DNA of 64,000 nt from Accumulibacter sp. (GTDB taxonomy: Bacteria; Pseudomonadota; Gammaproteobacteria; Burkholderiales; Rhodocyclaceae): NCBI GenBank assembly GCA_031732795.1, contig JAVMKC010000075.1:347-64346 (forward strand). The letters run 5' to 3'. Position 1 is the stretch's first letter. Every line of letters begins with the position of its first letter. The position numbers were made by a program, and so were the translations under genes. Positions 21,890 through 31,548 of this stretch are shown in pieces. The notes beneath the pieces were generated by a model. That model was not told where the DNA came from. It did not search any database and saw nothing but the letters and a program-made list of their open reading frames with translations.

Positions 21890-22579
21890 TCAGGGACGTC
21901 GAAAACCTGATGAAGACGTGCCGCTCAGAGCCTGGAGGCTTTGCTTGAGTTCGGCGACTTCCGTCTCCAGTTGACGTACTCTTTCCGCCAGTGCATCGAT
22001 CGTTACAAGACTTGCGTCAGAGGCCAGAGAATCGTTCTCAATGGATGTTGATGCCTTGCCGCATAGTAAGTGCGTCCAACGGTGCTCGCGGGAACCCGGC
22101 TGTTTGGGCAGCTTCGTGCAAAGTGAGCCAGAACGACGTGCTGCCATCTCTTCGAGATAAGCTTCCACCGATGAAGAGTCGTCGAAACGGTACAGTCGTT
22201 CACTATTGGCGCGCAATTCATTGACTGTCTGTGGCCCTCGCAAAATCAACGTTGCCAGTAAAACGACGCTGGCTGTCGGAAGGCTATACACCTTGCCGAA
22301 ATTCTGGGCGTAGCGTAGAACGCGGCCCGAAGCGCCGTAGCTTTCGATAATCAGCAAGCGGTGGCGTAGTTCTTCGAGTGCCGAGAGGATTTCTGTGTCG
22401 GTCAGATTGACCACCGGCTCACGGGCGGTTTTCTGATTGCAGCCCGTGCTGAGACTGTTCAAAGTCAGGGGATAAACATCCGGCGTGGTTTTCTCCTTTT
22501 CGATCAGCACGCCGATAATGCGGGCTTCGATCGGGGTCAATTCGTGGCTTGATTCGGCAGTGTGGTGCGACGACAACAT
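21890..22579 (-). CDS. yceH: YceH / DUF480 family protein
   Basis: Motifs EARIIGVLIEKEKTTPDVYPLTLNSL..GCNQKT.REPV, LRGPQT..ELR, GSREHRW.HLL. Confidence 0.9.
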   Translation of the reverse strand: MLSSHHTAESSHELTPIEARIIGVLIEKEKTTPDVYPLTLNSLSTGCNQKTAREPVVNLTDTEILSALEELRHRLLIIESYGASGRVLRYAQNFGKVYSLPTASVVLLATLILRGPQTVNELRANSERLYRFDDSSSVEAYLEEMAARRSGSLCTKLPKQPGSREHRWTHLLCGKASTSIENDSLASDASLVTIDALAERVRQLETEVAELKQSLQALSGTSSSGFRRP

Positions 22580-22654
22580 GATTTTCAATCTTTCTCGGTG
22601 TAGACCAATTGGTGGAAGAGCGTGGATCAATGCCTTGTCTGAGCCGATGAGCAA

Positions 22655-22693
22655 TGAACCGCTGAATCGTCATTTTGACGATTCAGCGGTTCA
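22655..22693. repeat. Perfect 18-bp inverted repeat overlapping the prfC stop codon
   Basis: TGAACCGCTGAATCGTCA-TTT-TGACGATTCAGCGGTTCA. Confidence 0.9.
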
Positions 22694-24334
22694 CGAAAAT
22701 TGCTGACCGTGTTCGCGCGAGCTATGGAATCCGATTTTGGGCCATTTTTCGCAGGTGACTTCCAGGTTGTAGCGGGTGTTGGCCAAATAAACCGGGTTTC
22801 CATCAACGTCGCGAGCCATGCGTTGCTGTTGTTCTCGCTCGAAATTGCGCCGGGTGCTGTCGTCCGGGAAAGTCAACCATCGTGCGGTGTATATGTCTGC
22901 CGATTCGAACAGGGCGTCGACTTTGTATTCGGTCTGCAAACGTTGGGCGACGACTTCGAATTGCAATTGGCCAACAGCTCCCAGTAGCAGTGCGCCACTG
23001 GCCAGATTCTCGAAAACCTGGATCGCTCCTTCTTCACCGAGTTCCTGTAAGCCTTTTTGCAATTGCTTGCTTTTCAATGGGTCGCGCAGGCGCGCAACGC
23101 GGAACAATTCCGGAGAGAAATAGGGGATTCCTTTGAAAGACAAAGACTCTCCTTCGCTCAACGTGTCGCCGATGTGCAGATTGCCGTGATTATGGATGCC
23201 GATGATGTCGCCGGCGACGGCATCCTCCATCAACAGACGCTCGTTGGCCATGAAAGTCAGGACGTTGGCCAGCTTCACTTCCCGATCGAGACGAATGTGC
23301 CTGACTTTCATTCCTGGTCGATAGCGGCCTGAGCAGACCCGGAAAAAGGCGATCCGGTCGCGATGTTTTGGGTCCATATTGGCCTGAATCTTGAATACGA
23401 AGCCGGTGAATTCAGGCTCACCGGGCTGTACCCGCCGCGTTCCACCATCGCGCTCCAGCGGTGCTGGCGCCCAGTCGAGCAAGGCTTGCAGGATTTCCTG
23501 GACGCCGAAATTGTTGATCGCCGAACCGAAGAAAACCGGCGATTGTTGTCCGGCTAGAAAATCGACCAGTGAGAAAGGATTGCTGGCGCTTTGAATCAAC
23601 TCCACGTCTTCGCGCAATTTGCCGATTTGATCCGGAAATTGCGCATCGAGAAGCGGATTGTCGAGTCCTGCTAGGCGTGATGATTCACTACGCCGTTCCT
23701 GGCCGGCGGCGAAATGCAGCAAGCAATCGTCGAGCAGATGATAAACCCCGCCAAAAGCCTTGCCCATGCCGATCGGCCAGGTGATCGGCGCACACTCGAT
23801 ACCGAGTACCGATTCGATTTCCGCCAACAAATCGAAAGGTTCACGCACCTCACGATCGAGCTTATTGACGAAGGTAATGATCGGCGTGTTGCGCATCCGA
23901 CATACGTTGAGCAGTTTTATCGTTTGCGCTTCGACACCTTTGGCGGCGTCGATGACCATGACGGCTGCGTCGACCGCCGTCAACACCCGGTAGGTGTCTT
24001 CGGAGAAATCTTCGTGACCCGGCGTATCAAGCAGGTTGATAGTGTGCTGTTGATACTCGAATTGCATGACCGAACTGGTGACCGAAATGCCACGTTGTTT
24101 TTCGACTTCCATCCAGTCCGAGGTGGCGTGACGGGCACTTTTACGACTTTTCACCGTTCCGGCGAGTTGGATTGCGCCACCGAAAAGCAGCAATTTCTCG
24201 GTAAGCGTCGTTTTACCCGCATCTGGGTGGGAAATGATCGCGAAAGTCCGCCTTTTGGCGACTTCGTTAAGGATTTCGGAAGGAACGGGCGACGAGGTGT
24301 CGGCGCCGTTGGGTGCTGGTGGTGGCAGATTCAT
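22691..24334 (-). CDS. prfC: Peptide chain release factor 3
   Basis: Motifs [62 protein letters not shown]. Confidence 0.97.
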   Translation of the reverse strand: MNLPPPAPNGADTSSPVPSEILNEVAKRRTFAIISHPDAGKTTLTEKLLLFGGAIQLAGTVKSRKSARHATSDWMEVEKQRGISVTSSVMQFEYQQHTINLLDTPGHEDFSEDTYRVLTAVDAAVMVIDAAKGVEAQTIKLLNVCRMRNTPIITFVNKLDREVREPFDLLAEIESVLGIECAPITWPIGMGKAFGGVYHLLDDCLLHFAAGQERRSESSRLAGLDNPLLDAQFPDQIGKLREDVELIQSASNPFSLVDFLAGQQSPVFFGSAINNFGVQEILQALLDWAPAPLERDGGTRRVQPGEPEFTGFVFKIQANMDPKHRDRIAFFRVCSGRYRPGMKVRHIRLDREVKLANVLTFMANERLLMEDAVAGDIIGIHNHGNLHIGDTLSEGESLSFKGIPYFSPELFRVARLRDPLKSKQLQKGLQELGEEGAIQVFENLASGALLLGAVGQLQFEVVAQRLQTEYKVDALFESADIYTARWLTFPDDSTRRNFEREQQQRMARDVDGNPVYLANTRYNLEVTCEKWPKIGFHSSREHGQQFS

Positions 24335-24433
24335 GATTTGACTTTCACAGCAGCTAAAAGCCGCCGGCAAGGCGAATAACCCGGCCGACGGCGTAAAGCG
24401 CGCACTATAGCAAGACCTGCAGGCTCCGGAAAC

Positions 24434-24457
24434 CGTTGGCGATAGCGTTGGCGATAG
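24434..24457. repeat. 12-bp tandem duplication in the prfC upstream region
   Basis: CGTTGGCGATAG x2. Confidence 0.75.
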
Positions 24458-24564
24458 GCCGGATCGTGACGTTTGGGTGGTGTTGCGTCTCGGCGGCCGG
24501 CAATCGAAAATCCCTGATCAGCGCGAAGAACGCGGTGGCCTGCGGAGGAATGTGATCTTGAATT

Positions 24565-25578
24565 TCAAATCAATTGACGAGTAACCAGTTCATCTTTCAG
24601 CCAGGCGTAGCAAATCGGCGCGGCCACCAGTCCGGCCAGGCCGAAAATGCTTTCCATCACCAACATCGCCGTGAGAATTTCCCATGGTTTAGCGCTGATT
24701 TCGGCGCCGACAATCCGCGCGTTGAGAAAGTATTCCAGTTTGTGGATCACGATCAGGTAGACCAACGAAGTGACGGCTACTCCGGGGGAGTGTGCCAAGC
24801 TGACCACGAAAATCACCGTGTTGGAAATCAAGTTACCGACCACCGGCAACAGGCCAGCGATGAAGGTCACCACGATCATTGTTTTCGTCAGAGGCAGATG
24901 AACGCCGAACAGCGGTAACGCGACGGCCAAATAAAGTGTGGTGAATACCGTATTCAGTGCCGAGATGCGTACCTGCGCGAAAACCACTTGCCGGAAAGCT
25001 TCGGCCAGACGGGCAACTCGTTCGGACAGCGCGCTGCCCAGCGGACCGAGCGAGTCGTGATGATCGCTTTCCTGCAGGGAAACCATGCCGCCAATAACCA
25101 TCCCGATCAGCATATGCGCTGCGGTGTGTCCGGTCTCCTTGCCGATAACCTGCAACTCGCTGGAATGTTCGCGTAACCAAGCGCTCACACGCTCACGCAG
25201 TGCTGTAACGTCGCGAGGTAGCAAGTCAGCCAGCCAGGCGGGGAGCGTCGAACGCGTGCTGTCGATGATCTCAGCCATTTTCGTCAATAAGGCCGCGAAG
25301 CTGCCACCTTCGCTATGCATGAACGCGCTCAGGCCGACAACCGCAGCGCTGATGGCGCCGATGATCACCATCACGACCAGTCCGATGGCCAGCGTGCGGG
25401 CGCGCATTCCCGGCAAATGCCGCGCGAAGCAAGGTGCAATCAGATGCACGAGTTGATAAACCAGCAGGCCAGTGATCAGTGCCGTCAGCAATTTGAAATG
25501 CAGGATGGCGATCATCCCGACAAATGCCAGGATCCAGGCGGCGTAAGAATGAGGGGAGGCAACGGGCAATTTGTTCAT
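24565..25578 (-). CDS. AI-2E family (PerM/UPF0118) transporter
   Basis: 337 aa, multi-TM; motifs FRQVVFAQVRISALNT, LLPVVGNLISN, HKLEYFLNARIVG, GLAGLVAAPI. Confidence 0.88.
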   Translation of the reverse strand: MNKLPVASPHSYAAWILAFVGMIAILHFKLLTALITGLLVYQLVHLIAPCFARHLPGMRARTLAIGLVVMVIIGAISAAVVGLSAFMHSEGGSFAALLTKMAEIIDSTRSTLPAWLADLLPRDVTALRERVSAWLREHSSELQVIGKETGHTAAHMLIGMVIGGMVSLQESDHHDSLGPLGSALSERVARLAEAFRQVVFAQVRISALNTVFTTLYLAVALPLFGVHLPLTKTMIVVTFIAGLLPVVGNLISNTVIFVVSLAHSPGVAVTSLVYLIVIHKLEYFLNARIVGAEISAKPWEILTAMLVMESIFGLAGLVAAPICYAWLKDELVTRQLI

Positions 25579-25772
25579 GGCGTAGTGGCGCTTTCATGGT
25601 GTGGCGCAACGGGGTCGGCTGAAGCGTCCCAGCTTTTTTCGCTGGCACAGCAGGCCGGTCTCAAGGCCGAAAGACTCCTGCCGAGGAGATGTTTCTTGAT
25701 CGTGAATTTTCCAGAGAATGTCGTCAGCACAGTGGGGATTTGGGGGGCTGATCTTCTTTCGGATCTTGCACT

Positions 25773-26417
25773 TTAAGGAATCCGGCCGTTGACCAGATCG
25801 ATCCGCCGCTGCAATCGTGCCACTTCTTCACTCGCCCCGCGTGCAGCGGCTTGTTTTTGTTGAACTGTCAGCCAAGCCAAGAGCGGGCGACGCCAGCCTT
25901 GCGCAGAGGCGCTGTCGACGGCGATGGCGATAATGTTGTCGTTGGCCAGTCCGCGCCGCAGCAATGTTCCAGCGGCGACCAGGCGCGCGAAGGGGTCGGC
26001 GATTGAGGCAAGAGTGGCAGGGGTAGGGGAGAGCATGATCTCCCGCGCCGCAGGCGGGAGCCGTGCCAAATCATCGGAGCCTGCTCTGCCGGTCAGATAG
26101 CGGGCGTAGGCCTGCTCGGCGGGTGTGGCATCCTGATCCAGCGCTTGATATTTTGGGCACTGATCGAAGTCGAGGCCGGCGACACGGGTTGCGCAACGGA
26201 GCAATTCGACGCGCGCTGCCAGTGGTACTTGACCGGTGCGCGCCACTTCGGCTTGGCCGCGAGCGAATTGTCGCGCTTCCAGGCGGTTGTTTCCGCCAAG
26301 ATAAGCTTCGACCGCGCCATCCAGGCTGTCCTTGGCGTTGATCTGCCAATCCGCTGGCGGATTACCGGCACACGCCGCCAAGAGCAATACGGCGATAACG
26401 AGCGGACGGGTGTTCAT
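25773..26417 (-). CDS. Hypothetical lipoprotein associated with MlaD/MlaE
   Basis: 214 aa from ATG 26417; lipobox LLLAAC; ATGA overlap with the MlaD gene; motif GWRRPLLAWL. Confidence 0.75.
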   Translation of the reverse strand: MNTRPLVIAVLLLAACAGNPPADWQINAKDSLDGAVEAYLGGNNRLEARQFARGQAEVARTGQVPLAARVELLRCATRVAGLDFDQCPKYQALDQDATPAEQAYARYLTGRAGSDDLARLPPAAREIMLSPTPATLASIADPFARLVAAGTLLRRGLANDNIIAIAVDSASAQGWRRPLLAWLTVQQKQAAARGASEEVARLQRRIDLVNGRIP

Positions 26418-27430
26418 GGCAATCTGATTTCGGTGTCGCGGGCCAGTGGCCATTTACGGTTGATTTCATTGACCAGATGATCGATTTTACGCAAGCTTGC
26501 CTCGACCTCGCTGCGCAAACTGACCAGATCGACACTGGCTTCGCTGGTATGGCTGGCAATTTCTTCGGCCTTGACCAACACGTGGTCGACTTTTTTCAGA
26601 CTGCCGCGGGCTTCATCGAGTAAACGGTTCAGTTGACGAACCGTCGTCCGGGTATCGTCGACCAAGCCGCCCTGGCCCGTGGCTGCGCCGAGAAGTTGCT
26701 GATCGGCTCTGGCGACCAGTTTGTCCAAGCGAGCCGCGAGTTTATCAGCGCCGCTCAACAAGGCATTCACCCGCTCGACCAGTTTGCGCGCCTCTTGCTC
26801 ATTGCCCAGCAGGACGCCGAGCCCTCCCTGCGGACCTTTCAGTTTGTCGGTGACCTGCTGCACGTTGGCCAACGTGGTCATCAATGCGGCATCGCTGGCG
26901 GTCAACGCTTTGAGATTTTCGAGCATTTCCCGTGCTGAGGCGGTCATCCGCGGCAGTTCGGCCAGCGCGTCACCGCGCAGAACCGGTCGTATCGCGCCAT
27001 CTTCGAGCGGCGGATCGTCGAGCAGGCCGCTGAAAGCCCGGATACGCGTTCCCCCGACCAAGCCGCGCTCCATGGTGAATACGCTCGAGCTGCGCAGCCA
27101 GCGGGCCTCCTTGGTCGGTACGTCGACCAGGATCCGCGCGTTGCCGTCGTTGGCGAGTTCTATCCGTGCCACCCGGCCGATGGTGAAGCCGGCGAACGTC
27201 ATGTCCATCCCCACCACCACCCCTTCGGCGTCTTCGGCGATCAGGGTCAGGCGCTGCGTGCTTTCGAACAATCCTCGCGCGTAAAGCAGATAAGTGATCG
27301 CCAGTGTCAGAAGCACCAACCATGAGATCAACAACAACATCGCTTTCCGACGCAGGTTTCTGACCGGAAAATCTTCGCTGCGCGATGCTGGCTCAGGGGG
27401 CGGATTGGGGTCGATGGTGGACTCGGACAT
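26414..27430 (-). CDS. MlaD/MCE family protein
   Basis: Single N-terminal TM; MCE motif GVVVGMDMTFAGFTIGRV; C-terminal helical/coiled-coil region ending in KWP. Confidence 0.85.
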   Translation of the reverse strand: MSESTIDPNPPPEPASRSEDFPVRNLRRKAMLLLISWLVLLTLAITYLLYARGLFESTQRLTLIAEDAEGVVVGMDMTFAGFTIGRVARIELANDGNARILVDVPTKEARWLRSSSVFTMERGLVGGTRIRAFSGLLDDPPLEDGAIRPVLRGDALAELPRMTASAREMLENLKALTASDAALMTTLANVQQVTDKLKGPQGGLGVLLGNEQEARKLVERVNALLSGADKLAARLDKLVARADQQLLGAATGQGGLVDDTRTTVRQLNRLLDEARGSLKKVDHVLVKAEEIASHTSEASVDLVSLRSEVEASLRKIDHLVNEINRKWPLARDTEIRLP

Positions 27431-27440
27431 TGCCAAGGGC

Positions 27441-28274
27441 CTAGTAATAATTGCCGATCAGCGACAGTACTTCGATCATCAGCACGATCGAGAACAAGCG
27501 GGCGAATTCGCCGATATCGCTGCTGCGGCGATATCCTCCGCGCGTATCAAGCTGAATGCATGCCGCCATGGGCACGATCGCCACAGCCAAGCTGAAAAAA
27601 AAGGTTTTTAGAGCAAAAATCAAGGTTGCCGGTGGGGTAAACACTTGACCGACGTGATGGGTATAAACCGGCAAGCCCCACGGTGAGACGCCGTAAACCA
27701 TCATATAGGTCAGGATCAATGCCAAAAGGCCACTCAAGGTCGCCAGGAAGTGAACCGAGAATGCCGCGGCCAGGGCTCGTGGCAACAACTCACCACGCAA
27801 CAACTGCGACTCGAATGGCTCGTCGTTGCCGGTCGATCGATCGGACAACCGTTCGCGGATGCGGTGCGCGCTGGGCAAACTGTAGCGGACTGCCACGACC
27901 ATCGCCGCATACAGAGGAATCAACTCGATCACCAGCGTGCGCACCAATAAACCCAAGGCATACTGTGAAAGCCCGTAGCTCATGGCGGTGACGAGAACGA
28001 TACGGATCAGCACCAGGCTGAGCAAGGAGGACAGTGCGATAAAACTCGGCAGCAGTGGTACGGTGGCCCAATAAATGCCGGTCAGAATCCTCTGGCGTTG
28101 CGTCCCGGTCCGGTAACTCGATGGCATGAACGCCAGTACGACGATTTGTGCGGCGAACAGTGAGACTCGCCAGCAAGTGCGAACGGTGACGAGAAAACGC
28201 GCTGACCAGGATGGCTGACCATCGGGTTGTGCAGACAGGGCAGGAAGGGTCATTGGGTCGAGTATCACCGTCAT
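27441..28274 (-). CDS. MlaE family ABC-type permease
   Basis: Multi-TM; LVRTLVIELIP is a divergent form of the MlaE RELxP motif; motif FALKT.FFS; directly upstream of MlaD. Confidence 0.75.
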   Translation of the reverse strand: MTVILDPMTLPALSAQPDGQPSWSARFLVTVRTCWRVSLFAAQIVVLAFMPSSYRTGTQRQRILTGIYWATVPLLPSFIALSSLLSLVLIRIVLVTAMSYGLSQYALGLLVRTLVIELIPLYAAMVVAVRYSLPSAHRIRERLSDRSTGNDEPFESQLLRGELLPRALAAAFSVHFLATLSGLLALILTYMMVYGVSPWGLPVYTHHVGQVFTPPATLIFALKTFFFSLAVAIVPMAACIQLDTRGGYRRSSDIGEFARLFSIVLMIEVLSLIGNYY

Positions 28275-28408
28275 TGAAAAGCAAAGTCAACCCACGTTTC
28301 AGTTTTGGAATGGTTGCAATCGACGGCGGAACATTTCTGGACGATTGGTACATTGTAGTGGCTCGGTTATGCTGAGCGTTTGTCCAGACGACGTCAATCT
28401 CTCATCTC

Positions 28409-29572
28409 ATGGCTACTTTTCCTGCTTCCCGGCTTGCCGGAATTGCTCCTTTTCACGTCATGGAACTGCTGGCGAGAGCCAAAGCGCTCGAGGCGGCAGG
28501 GCGTGACATCATCCACATGGAGGTCGGCGAACCCGACTTTCCGACACCCGCTCCCATCGTTGCCGTCGCACAAGCGCAAATCGCCAGCGGGCGGATTTAT
28601 TACACGCCGGCTTTGGGTTTGCCGGCGCTACGCCAGGCCATTGCCGGTTTCTACCAGCAACGCTATGGAGTGAGCGTTCCGGCGGAACGCGTGGTGGTCA
28701 CGGCCGGTGCTTCAGCGGCGCTGCTGCTGACGATGGCCTGCCTATGTTCGCCCGGCAGCGAATGGTTGCTCAGCGACCCTGGCTATCCTTGCAACGCTCA
28801 TTTCGTGCGCAGTTTTGAAGGGGTGCCGGTGGCGGTCAGAGTGCGGGCCGAAGACGATTTCCAGCCGACCTTGGCGACGGTCGTCGAGCACTGGACCGAA
28901 CGCAGTGCCGGGGTGCTGGTGGCATCACCAGCCAATCCAACCGGTACTTTGATCGCTGAGCGGGCGCTGTCGGAAATTGCCGGCTTTGTCCGGCAACGAG
29001 GCGGCCGGCTGATCGTCGACGAGATCTATCATGGGCTGACCTACGACTGCGACGCCAGTACGGCGCTTGGCTGTGGTGACGACCTGGTGATCGTGCAAAG
29101 CTTCTCAAAATATTTCAACATGACCGGTTGGCGCCTGGGTTGGTTGATCGTTCCGGAAAACATGGTGCGGGACATCGAAAAGCTGGCGCAGAATCTGTAC
29201 ATTTCGCCATCAACGCCTGCGCAATACGCGGCGCTGGCCGCGTTTACCCCAGAGACGACCGCCATTCTGGAAGAACGTCGTGATGCTTTCCGGCGTCGAC
29301 GGGATTTTCTGGCGCCGGCACTGCAGGCCCTGGGTTTTCACATCACGGCGAAACCGGACGGCGCGTTTTATCTTTATGCCGATTGTCGGCATCTGTGCGC
29401 CGACAGCGCGCGGTTCGCCAACGAGTTGTTGGATTCGGCGGGGGTGGCGGTGACTCCCGGACTTGATTTCGGCAACAACGAACCCCAACACTATTTGCGC
29501 TTTGCTTACACCACCGATCTGACACGATTGGCAGAAGCGGTGGAGCGGATTCGTCGTTTCCTGGGCGGTTGA
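28409..29572 (+). CDS. PLP-dependent aminotransferase, class I/II
   Basis: Motifs MEVGEPDFPTP, YTPALGLPALR, SPANPTG, VDEIYHGL, SFSKYFNMTGWRLGW. Confidence 0.93.
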   Translation: MATFPASRLAGIAPFHVMELLARAKALEAAGRDIIHMEVGEPDFPTPAPIVAVAQAQIASGRIYYTPALGLPALRQAIAGFYQQRYGVSVPAERVVVTAGASAALLLTMACLCSPGSEWLLSDPGYPCNAHFVRSFEGVPVAVRVRAEDDFQPTLATVVEHWTERSAGVLVASPANPTGTLIAERALSEIAGFVRQRGGRLIVDEIYHGLTYDCDASTALGCGDDLVIVQSFSKYFNMTGWRLGWLIVPENMVRDIEKLAQNLYISPSTPAQYAALAAFTPETTAILEERRDAFRRRRDFLAPALQALGFHITAKPDGAFYLYADCRHLCADSARFANELLDSAGVAVTPGLDFGNNEPQHYLRFAYTTDLTRLAEAVERIRRFLGG

Positions 29573-29592
29573 TTTTTTACAGTTTCCGCGCG

Positions 29593-30165
29593 CTATGTGC
29601 ATTGACCAGGAAATTTGCCTGCGGCGGCCAGTCGCTGCCAGTCGAAGCAGGGGCCGGGGTCGGTTTTTCGACCGGGAGCGATGTCGCTGTGGCCGACCAC
29701 GGCGGTAATCGGATAATTTGCGCGCAAAACCCGCAGCAAGGCCAGCAATTGCCGATATTGCGCGTCTTCGAAAGGACGATCGTCGCAGCCTTCGAGTTCG
29801 ATGCCTACCGAAAAATCATTGCACCGCGTGCGTCCTTGCCAACAGGACTGGCCGGCATGCCATGCTCGCTGCTCACAGGAGACGAATTGGATCATTTCCC
29901 CGTTGCGACGCAGCAGGAAATGCGCGGAAACGCGCACGCCCTCGAGTTGCGCGAAGTAAGGATGCGCCTTGCTCTCGAGACCATTGGTGAAAAACTCGAT
30001 GATCGCTGGTCCGCCGAATTCGGCCGGCGGCAGGCTGATCGCATGGATGACGATCAGCGTCACCGCCTCGTTGTCCGGGCGGGAGTCGTGGTTCGGTGAG
30101 TCGATCCGCCGTATTCCCGCCAGCCAACCGTCGCGGAGTGTGAGAAGGGGTGGTTCTGCCGTCAC
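29593..30165 (-). CDS. ampD: 1,6-anhydro-N-acetylmuramyl-L-alanine amidase
   Basis: Motifs SPNHDSRP, IHAISLPP, VSAHF, RAWHAG, NDFSVGIELEG, GHSDIAPGRKTDPG. Confidence 0.95.
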   Translation of the reverse strand: MTAEPPLLTLRDGWLAGIRRIDSPNHDSRPDNEAVTLIVIHAISLPPAEFGGPAIIEFFTNGLESKAHPYFAQLEGVRVSAHFLLRRNGEMIQFVSCEQRAWHAGQSCWQGRTRCNDFSVGIELEGCDDRPFEDAQYRQLLALLRVLRANYPITAVVGHSDIAPGRKTDPGPCFDWQRLAAAGKFPGQCT

Positions 30166-30174
30166 TTTGTTCGC

Positions 30175-31548
30175 TTACTCTTCAATACCGAGGCGTTCGA
30201 TGCGGTAGCGCAAGGAACGGAAAGTGACCCCCAGCAGACGGGCCGCGGCGGTTCGATTGAAGGACGTCTTGGCCAGTGCGTCGAGGATGGCCTGTTTTTC
30301 GATGCGATTGATGTAATCATCCAATGTTTCGCCGGCCAGACCGGTGTTGCCGGGGGGGGATGCCGTTTCCGGCGACAGATGCAGATCATTGGTCTGAACG
30401 ACATGGTCTACGCACAGCGCTGATGCCCGTTCGAGAATGTTCTCCAGCTCGCGGACATTGCCTGGAAAACCATAGTTCGACAACGCTTGCATCGCCTGCG
30501 GGTCGATCCGTGGCGCTTGTGAACCGCCGATGCGCGCCAGCAGCGCCTCGACCAGAGGGGCTACGTCCTCCTGTCGCTCACGTAATGGAGGCATCCGCAA
30601 TTCAATGACGTTCAGCCGGTAGTACAGATCCTGGCGAAAGCTCTGCCCATCGACACAGTCCTTGAGGTTGCGGTGAGTCGCCGAAATGATCCGCACGTCG
30701 ACATTTTCTTCATTCGGGCTGCCGACTTTCCGAACCTTTTTTTCCTGAATGGCTCTTAACAGCTTGACCTGCATCGGCAAGGGTAAATCCGCCACTTCGT
30801 CGAGAAACAGCGTGCCGCCTTTGGCCGCCTGAAAAAAACCGTCTCGATCGGCATCGGCCCCGGTGAACGCCCCTTTGCGATAACCGAAGAACTCGCTCTC
30901 CATCAGATTTTCAGGGATTGCGCCACAATTGACTGGTACGAAGGGCGCCGCCCGGCGCGAGCTTTGCATATGGATCAACCGTGCGGCGAGTTCCTTGCCG
31001 GTGCCGGATTCTCCGGAAATATAAACCGGTGCCTGACTGCGGGCGAGCTTGTCGATCATCTGACGGACGTATTCGATTGCAGCGGATTCGCCGACCAGTT
31101 GGATTCCGTCACTGTCGGATGCTCGCTGACGATCGGGATGAACGGCGTCAGGCAGATTGATCGCTGAATTGATCAGGCTGCGCAAATGATCCAGCGCCAG
31201 TGGCTTGGTCAAATAATCGAAAGCACCGGCCTTGAGTGCGGCGACGGCGTTCTGGGTAGTGCCGAAAGCCGTGATTACCGCGATGGGCGTTTGACCGAAG
31301 CGTTCGTTGATCAGGCGAACGATTTCCAGTCCTTCACCATCGGGAAGGCGCATGTCGGTCAAACACAAATGGTAGCGGTTCAGCTCCAGCATGCGACGGG
31401 CTTCTGCAACGCTGCCGACGCAATCGGCTGACAAGCCCATGCGTGCGACGGTCAGGTCGAGTAATTCGCGAATGTCGGTCTCGTCGTCGATGATCAGCAC
31501 TTTGCGCAATTCACCGCGCGGACGTCGCGTAAATTTGGCTAGTGACAC
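30175..31548 (-). CDS. pilR: Sigma54-dependent response regulator (type IV pilus regulator)
   Basis: Receiver domain ([13 protein letters not shown]), AAA+ domain ([35 protein letters not shown]) and C-terminal HTH; GTG start overlaps the pilS end. Confidence 0.9.
   Translation of the reverse strand: MSLAKFTRRPRGELRKVLIIDDETDIRELLDLTVARMGLSADCVGSVAEARRMLELNRYHLCLTDMRLPDGEGLEIVRLINERFGQTPIAVITAFGTTQNAVAALKAGAFDYLTKPLALDHLRSLINSAINLPDAVHPDRQRASDSDGIQLVGESAAIEYVRQMIDKLARSQAPVYISGESGTGKELAARLIHMQSSRRAAPFVPVNCGAIPENLMESEFFGYRKGAFTGADADRDGFFQAAKGGTLFLDEVADLPLPMQVKLLRAIQEKKVRKVGSPNEENVDVRIISATHRNLKDCVDGQSFRQDLYYRLNVIELRMPPLRERQEDVAPLVEALLARIGGSQAPRIDPQAMQALSNYGFPGNVRELENILERASALCVDHVVQTNDLHLSPETASPPGNTGLAGETLDDYINRIEKQAILDALAKTSFNRTAAARLLGVTFRSLRYRIERLGIEE

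Noticed and set aside
24434-24457. Tandem duplications at 24434-24457 and 33440-33469 as possible regulatory or CRISPR-like repeats
   Set aside because: Only two adjacent copies each and no spacers; most simply slippage duplications. Listed as features only.
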